NCBI RefSeq assembly: GCF_009914755.1
Contig: NC_060933.1
Length of the DNA: 64,000 bases
Source: the human T2T-CHM13v2.0 reference genome, Homo sapiens
Strand: one strand, 5' to 3'
The position numbers were made by a program, and so were the translations under genes. The notes beneath the pieces were generated by a model that had not been told where the DNA came from, searched no databases, and saw only the letters and a list, made by a program, of their open reading frames with translations. Shown here in pieces: positions 54,691-64,000 of this stretch. Positions within the stretch are counted from its first letter, which is position 1. Each line of letters begins with the position of its first letter.

Positions 54691-55924
54691 ACATGTGTCC
54701 TAGTATTGGCTTACTTGTAGGAAGTGAAATAGATTTCATCAAAAATAATAAAGGCTTTGATGTTTATTTTCTTGAAATTTTTAGTCTTTTATGATGTCAA
54801 ATAACTATTGATATTCCGTTGGTTCCTTGAACTTTTCTTCATCTTTAAAATGAGAAGAATATAAAGTATGAAGAGTGTCACTGTTAAAAAGTGCACTGCT
54901 TTTACAATACAGAGAAAGGAAAATTGGAAGAACCTGTTTGTAACCTTATTAAAAAAACTCAGTATTTCTTTATGCAAAAGGCAATTGTGGCAGTGAAGGA
55001 AATTGGGGCATACCATGAAAATTTACCTAGAATATTTTTTAAATGCTAAAGACCCAGCATTTTTTTCCTGCCAGTCTCCTTTTTTAAATTTTTTCCCTCC
55101 CCACTAAAAAATGAAAATTACCTTCTTTCTCATGTCAATTTTTGTCTTTAAGCAATGATTACAGAATATCTTCTTTGTGATTTTATAAAAAAACATAAAA
55201 ACTCTTCCTGTAGGTAATTTGGGAAGATTGTTAATGGAAGGTGGGGCAGACACTTTTAACTGAATAGTTTCCTCCTTTACAATGAAAATCTATATATTTA
55301 TGATAATTTATAAGTATGAAGATTTGACATGTGTCTTGAAGGTGAAGAGGTTTTGGTTTTGAGCAATTTAATTAAAAATAGAGACTCAAAATTATAGCTA
55401 AACTCCAGAATAAACAATGCCCACCCATGCTCACTTCTGGTTTTATATTATGTGCCAGGTAGGTGGCCTAAGTCACTAATGGTGCTTACTTCTTATAGAA
55501 TATTAGGAAATAACAAATGCATTTGTGACAAGTCTGTATTTACATGACAGCTTCATATTCAAAGGAGTAATGTAATTGACTTAGCTCTAAATCTTTCCAA
55601 GAGTTTCTAGTTCTTTTGCAGTAGTTCAACCAATTTGTATTCACTGTTCCTTTCATGAATCAACATTGGCTTTTTTCTTCCTAATATATAAAGAATTGAC
55701 AGAAACTTATCCAGGCAATCACCATACACCCATCACTATTTATAAAGTCATATATTTATTAATTCATTTAATGCTTAATGAAAGTTTTTGTTTTGGTAAT
55801 CTATAAAATATCACAAACCACATCAAAACTTTGTGGCTTAAAACAAACACATTTCAGAGTTAATCTGGAAAATTCCTTTCAGGTAAACTGTGAAAGGTTG
55901 CATTTGTTTTAAGTCACAAAGTAC

Positions 55925-56052
55925 TGAATCTGCCAGCACTTTGATCTTGGACTTCCCAACCTCCAGAACTGTGAGAATTAAATGTTTGTTGTTTATAATC
56001 CACTGATTTTATGGCATTTCCTTATAGCAGCCTGAATGAATAGATTAAGACA
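55925..56052 (+). mobile_element. MLT1A/B LTR 3' fragment
   Basis: ctgccagcactttgatcttggacttcccaacctccagaactgtgaga...tatagcagcctga...taagaca. Confidence 0.8.
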
Positions 56053-56559
56053 GATACCAAAGTTAAGAAGGTAATCTTTGTCCTTAAGGAGATCCCAGTC
56101 TGCCAGAGAATAGAAAGGTGTAAACAACTACTGCAATTACAAACTAAAATAAAAAAGGTCCTATATTAAAGCTCCATAAAAAGTATATTGGGAGTACAAA
56201 GGAAAAAGTGGCTCATTTATCCCAGCTCCCCCTTCCTAGCCCAATTCCAGTGCTGGGGAATGGGCCTCATGAGGGATGTGACTCCAGGGGGCATTGCAGA
56301 CAGTAGCAGATGGAAAAAGTAAAGAGCATTCCAGAAAAAGGAGGTGTGTGTGCACTTTGCTAATATTTATTTTATTGTGCTAGTTTTTCTGGAAAGAACT
56401 TGTGTTGTTTATTCCTGAAAGACCCTAACCCATCTCAGTTATAAGAGTGAGTAGAGGGAAACCCTCTGAGCATTTATTTATAATCTGCCATAATACCTGT
56501 AAAGAGCATTGAAAAAAATATGCAATAATATTACTGAAATTTTTATTAAATAAATGTAT

Positions 56560-56930
56560 AGTTATAAAAAAAACACAACTTTTCATGATCTCTCACAATT
56601 CTGCAATATGGGCCCAGCTAAGCTAGGTAGTTCCTCTGTTCCATGTGCTATCAGCTGAGGATGTAGTCATTATTCTCAACTGGGGTGAAAAGTCCAAGAC
56701 GACCTGTTCACAGGGCTGACACACAGGGCTAGTTATGGACTGAAATATCAGGTAGGGCTGTTGACTGAACTGACTCCATTCACCTCCACTTAGTCTCTCC
56801 ACACAGCTTGCGTTCACAGCATGATGGCTGCCTACAGTTTCTTAAGTCCTGATTTGGATGTTGCACAACGTCATTCTGTCACATTCCGTTAGTCAAAGCA
56901 AGTCACAGGGATAGCCCAGATTCTAGGGAA
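56560..56930 (-). mobile_element. MaLR LTR fragment (MLT1G/H-like)
   Basis: tctcacaattctg...gtccaagacg...gtcaaagcaagtcacag...gcccagattc. Confidence 0.7.
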
Positions 56931-57690
56931 TTATAGAAACAAAAAGCACAGTATTTACTATTACTATTATAGTATTTATTTGCAATAGAATACACAACAA
57001 CAATAGCACACGGAGGAGAGAAGGGAGATAAATGAAGTTAAGGTGTCGTATGGTCCTTCCTTTATTGCTAGCTCAAGAAGACTGAAGAATCAATGACCTA
57101 AGCATCCATCTCAAGAAGTTCCTAAACCCAGTAAATTATACCCAAAGTAAATAGAAAAAATAAAGAACAGATAATAAAGAAATAAAGAACAAACATAAAG
57201 TATGTGATCAACAAAGTAGAAGCTGGTCCATTGAAAAAAATATAAAGTTAATAGATTTCTGAAGAGAATTATAAAAAGATAGCATAAATAACCAAGAGTC
57301 AAAGTGGAAAATAGGGCAGGGCTATAACTCTTAAAACCATTACAAATATAATATTATAATATATTTCTGTCAATATATTTTATAATTGAGATGTAGGGAC
57401 AAATTTCTAGGAAAACATGACATACCATAATTGACCCCCGAGAAATAGAAAATCTGAATCGTCCTATCTATTGTAGTTTTGAATATATTTTTTTAACATC
57501 TCCCACGCTCACACAAATGCATGAGACCTTTAGGTCCAGAAAGCTTATAAAACATATAAAGTATATAACAAAATAATGACACCAATTGGTAAAAACACTG
57601 TTAGAGAATTTAAAAGTCCTTAATAGCTCCAATTTCATTTTACAAGACCATGATAACCTTGACAGAAAATCTGATAAGAACTCTATAATT

Positions 57691-57865
<175 letters not shown>

Positions 57866-59144
57866 TTAAAAAACCAGGTTAATCTCATTTATTAATATAG
57901 ATTCAAAAATACTACACAAAAGTATTAACACATTGAATTTATAGATATCTCACATGACTCAATGTGTTAATGTGTGCATGTTAACTCTAAAGATGTGTGT
58001 GTGTTGTTTATGTGTGTTTATATCATATTTCAAAAAAACAAGTCTAGTTTATGCCAGCAACACGAGAATATAAGGTCAGTTTTACATCAAAAATCATCAG
58101 TGCATTTTACTACATTAACAAAATAAAGCAAAAAACCATATTTTCACCACATTAACAGAATAAACAGAAAGTTACGCTTGAGTATTTTATAAATTTTAAT
58201 ATCCGTTCATGGGAAAAAAAAACCCTTAGAAAACTAGAGAAGGAAAGAAACTTGCTTAATCTGATAAAAGATACCTGTTTTTCTGAAAGAAAGTACAGCA
58301 AACGCTAATGGTGAAATGGCGAGAGCTTCCTTTCTGAGACTGAGTATAACACAAAGATGCCCACTATCAGCACTTTTATTTAACACTGTGCTGAAGCTTT
58401 CAAACAGTGAAATTAGACTAAATGAATAAATGGTAAAGAGATTGGGAATGAAGATTTGCAATATTTTCAAATAATATGATGGTTTAAGTGGAATATCTAA
58501 AGGAATCTACAGAAAACCTATTAGAATTAATGCATGAGTTTAGCAAGTTTCCAGGATAAAAGGCCATTATCAAAAATCAATTGTATTCCAATATAACAAC
58601 CAAAGAATGTGAAATAATATGTTGTAATTAAACCAGTTACAGTAGCATCAAAAATATTAAATATCAGAGAATAAATCTAACAAATGTGGATACTTCTCGC
58701 AAACCATAAAGTACCATTAAGAAAATCTAAACACAAATTGAACAGAGAAATACATCATGTTCATGATTAGAAAATAATATTGTAAATATGTCAGTTCTCA
58801 CCAAATTGGACTATAAATTCAATTCAATCACAATCAAAATCTCAGGAGGGTTTGTGCATGTATGTGGAAATTGACAAATGAATCCTAAGATTTCTTTGTA
58901 AATATAAGAAGCTAAAACCAGGTAAGTCAAAATTGGAAAAGAAGAAAAAAAGAGTAAGTATTTTTGTACCAGACTTTGACTTACTTTTGAAGATACAGTA
59001 ATAGAGACCATGTGGAATTTGTCCAAGGGTAGCTAAATTAATAATGAAATAGAAAATATAGTCCAGAAACAGATCCACACATACATGAACTCTTGAATTA
59101 TGATAAAAGTGGTACTGAAGAGTGACAGAAAAGTACAGTCTTTT

Positions 59145-59451
<307 letters not shown>

Positions 59452-60195
59452 GAAAAGTACAGTCTTTTCAATAAATGGTGCTGAGTCAGTGAGATAGACG
59501 TATGGGGAAAAAAAGAAACTTGACCCCAACTTCTGACTATATGCAAAAATCAATTTCAAGTGAATAGTAGAATTAAAAGTAAAAGATAAACAATAAAGCA
59601 TCTAGAAGATAATAGCTTCATGATCTTGATATGAGCAAAGGTTCTTTTAAAATGACACAATAATCCCTATATTTAAAGAAAAACATGTTAAATCGGACCC
59701 TATTAAGACAATGAACTTCTGGTTATCAAAAGTAACAAAAAAGTAAATAGGCAATAAGAGAAGATATTTGCAGCACACATACCCAAGAAAACGTTTGTAT
59801 CCACAATATATAAAGAACTACAAATCATTCAGTAATAGACAAACAGCCAAAAGGGAGGAAAGAAAGACATGAAGAAGCACTTTACAAAAAGAAAGAAAAA
59901 AAACCCTCTTATTATATAAAAATGGTCTGTAAACATTTGTAAGGGTGCTTAACTTTATTAGTTATAGGGAAATGCAAATTAAAGCCACAAAAAGATGAAG
60001 TACACAGCCACCAAAGAACTAAAGTTAAGAAGACTGACAATGCCACATGCTATTGAGGAGCAGCACTGGGAACTATCATAAAAGGATGATAGTGATTAAA
60101 TTGATACAGTCACTCAGAAAAATTGTTTGGCAATATATGTAAAGGTTAAACTTAACATACCATGACTAGCAATAACACTCCTAAATATATGCCAA

Positions 60196-60603
60196 TGTTA
60201 AATAAAACAAGCAGGAGGCCATCAGCCTGACGCTGTCTCTTTAATTTGAGTTCCTACACTAAAAAGCACAACGTAATTTAGTAGCATTTTTTTGTAAGAA
60301 ATAGCCAGGTTTCAGCCAATCACAAACAGCTGAGCCTCAGTCAATCACAGGCAGCCAACTAATCAGACTGTGCCTAAATAAGACAAATGCCTCATCACAG
60401 CGTGCCTAAGAAGCAAATGCTTAGCTAGTCCATCAGGTGATTTCTCTACTTTGCTTCCCTGCTCAGCCTATAAAAGCTTACTGCTCATGCTGCTGGGCAG
60501 AACTCTGATCCTCTTCTGGTTCTGAGTGCTGCCCAATCATGAATCATTCTTTGCCCAAATAAACGCTATTAAATTTAATTTCTCTAAAGTTTTTCTTTTA
60601 ACA
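60196..60603 (+). mobile_element. ERV1 5' LTR, MER57-family
   Basis: tgttaaa...ggaggccat start, CCAAT box, cctataaaa TATA, aataaa, ending aaagtttttcttttaaca. Confidence 0.82.
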
Positions 60604-61038
60604 GTTTGGCATTACAGCACGAAGTGACTGAGCAAAGCTACCCACTGAAACCACTGGGCGCATTGCTTTCTTGCCTAAATTGGAAGTCAAGGATGAGTTT
60701 CCTCTCAGATCAAAGGTCTGCAAATCTGCATTTTGAGCTCCAGACTTTATTTGAACAATTCTTTTACAGAACAGAATTTGCAATTGGATTCAATCTAATA
60801 AATAACTAGGTTCCTCCTCCTTGAAAGTAGGTTTCTCCAAATCTGAAGAGTCTGGTGCTTCAGAAGTCTGGGACTCTTTTTTCTGGGACACTGACAACTT
60901 TTATGTACAATAAAGATGATTTCAGAAACCATGTATTTTGGGGGAAATGGTTAGCCTTACTATGGAAGACTTAGAATTACGGTGGCCACAATGAGGAAGC
61001 TTTAACTTGAGAGGCGCTTTAAAAAAGAAAGGATGCAG

Positions 61039-61434
<396 letters not shown>

Positions 61435-61760
61435 CTAAACAAATCAAAACACTGCCTCTTTGTAAGAATCCTCATAAAATTCAAATGAAAAATCTTAAAA
61501 CTCTTTTTCAGATATATTAGTAAAAACTTTAGCTATCTAGATGGATAACCCTGTTCCATCAACCAGAAAAACAAAAAAGGATTCAGAGATTTTTTTTAAT
61601 GAATTAGTGAGTTTTGTGTTATTTTACCTAACACATGGCTAAAATTTTTGAATGAAAGCCTGTATGTTTATATTTATGTATGTGTGTACATATGCATGTG
61701 TGCGTGGTATTTTTCTATTTCTGCACAGTATTGACAAAATTAATTAATTTTTTTTTTTTA

Positions 61761-62133
<373 letters not shown>

Positions 62134-64000
62134 TTAAACTCTTAGAAAGATAGAAACCAAACCAAAATGTTTTTCCAGTTCACATGACCTTAGATAAGTC
62201 TTTTAATTATTACTCTAGTAAATAATATTCAGTTCATCAGTTTGAATAAAACAGATACGTCTTCAGAGTTCAATATTAAGTATAATGCAGACAACTTTTT
62301 CTACTGAGGGTTACTGGTAAAATGCATGTACGTTATTTTTATATTACAAAATTTGTCAGCAAGAAAAATAACTTAAAATGATGGCTACCTGTTTAATGCC
62401 TCATTTTTATAAGCAATCCAAGCACAATTGTTAAAAACAAATGAGCTGAATACATATAAAATTCTCATGTGAAAAATGTTCTTTCTATACCAGAAGATTT
62501 TAACATTCTTATCCAGAATGCAACGTTGAGGCTGAGAGAAATCGGTACAAACAATTTAATTATTAAGCCTAGCAAAAAAAAATAAGACAATAGAGATAAA
62601 CTATTGCCTTCCTTACAGCTTCTTATTACAGAGAGACTAAAGATAGGTGAGTCTATTAGTAAGCATGTCCTGTGGCACATTGAAAAGTGTACTATGATAA
62701 AGAAGATGCTTCTAGAATTATGAAATGGTGGTGTTAAATTACACAATGTTGGTATACACCAGGCAGTTTACAATTGCTTGCTTCTTAGCTTTCACTGGAA
62801 ATTAAGGTTATTAAGGGTTAATAATTGACATAAGTAACTAAAATTCATAGAAATAATATGGGAAACAACATTTTATGCAAGTTCACAAGGAAGGCAAAAT
62901 GTGTTTTTGGTAAGGAAAACTATAAGTCATGAGGATGTGCTTTGTTTTGTTAAGGGAAAAAGTAATTTTTGTTAAAATAGAATGATTGGCTGTTGCACAA
63001 TAAGAAAAGAGAAAAATATAGGACAAAAATTGAAGGTATATAAGAAAATTATAGAAAGTTTATATGACAAATCTTGGGAAAGGAACTTTATGTGTGATCA
63101 AGCTGGCTAAGATTTGAAGGAAATTGTTTACATGTTTTTGAAATTGAGCATTACTATCAAAAGCAAACTGACATAAAACTAAAATTTGGTTCTCTCTGTT
63201 AAAACAATAAGGTTTTCCTGGACTTCTGGTCTGCTTTCAATAAGAAATTGTATAAGGTTTTCCTTTACCTTTTAAGTAATTGGCTTAGGGAACAAAAATT
63301 CTGCTTATGTTTTGTTTTTTAAGATTATATATTTATGAAGATAATTTCCTGTGCTTCACGTTGTCCTTATTAAGTCTTTGATTACTTAATAAAATCTAAG
63401 GTTTTTCCTACAACTATGTGGCTTTCTGTATTTGCTTTTGAAGTCTTTTAATTATCACTCTAATTAAATGAATAAGTATTGATTCACAGTGACCTGTGAT
63501 CCTATTTTAATCAAATGTTTTAAACTTTTTGACATTTTTGACAATTTCCATTTTTGACATTTTTGATAAATTATAAATTAAAACCTTTTGACTTTGAACT
63601 AACTTTGGAAGCTTTCATATGGGCCCCTGGAATCTCTCAAATAAATTTATTTTCTGCTCTTCTAAAAGCAGGGATTTTTAACCAATTAGGCTTATTTGAT
63701 AATATGTTAAAATGCATGGGAAATATTGTCAAATAAGTGATTCTGAACCTCCTTTAAGTCATACTGGATGTGTCATGAATACATGTTTCAGAAATTGTAT
63801 GAAACACCTAGAGATCTGATAGTCCTGGTATAATGCTATCAGTCATAATTCTAGTTATCTAAAAATATTGTATGTCACAGAAATAACAAAATTTCCTTGT
63901 CAGTTGCATTATAATGAGCTCTAGTCAGATCTTTAACTATGGCTGTTTTAACTCTTGTTATCCCCAAATAGTTAATTGTTTTACTCTGATACTTTCCTGA

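Overview
AT-rich primate (human-like) non-coding DNA dominated by interspersed repeats. I recognise no host protein-coding exon, RNA gene or CRISPR array, and I could not identify the locus. The centrepiece is a full-length, + strand L1PA2-type LINE-1 (25624-31659). Its ORF1 is frameshifted in the A-run just after the start codon, but a new in-frame ATG reopens it. Its ORF2 has only two nonsense codons, leaving endonuclease and RT motifs intact. Its antisense ORF0 has the distal splice donor mutated to the perfect consensus. The rest is Alus, MaLR and ERV1 LTRs (several nested, with intact TSDs), old L1M/L2/MIR fragments, hAT DNA transposons, and the start of a MER57-family provirus running off the right edge. 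Unexplained structure includes a modular scrambled repeat (36521-36863), a dispersed ~130-bp duplication (16383/17778), a probable ancient L1 3' transduction (50895-51025), an internally deleted two-ended L1 (5478-7637) and a 95-nt foldback hairpin (55828-55922). I see no convincing new biological system; the best lead is the regulatory and coding potential of the L1PA2. Subfamily names come from recalled consensus sequences, and boundaries of old repeats are approximate (RepeatMasker/Dfam would settle them).
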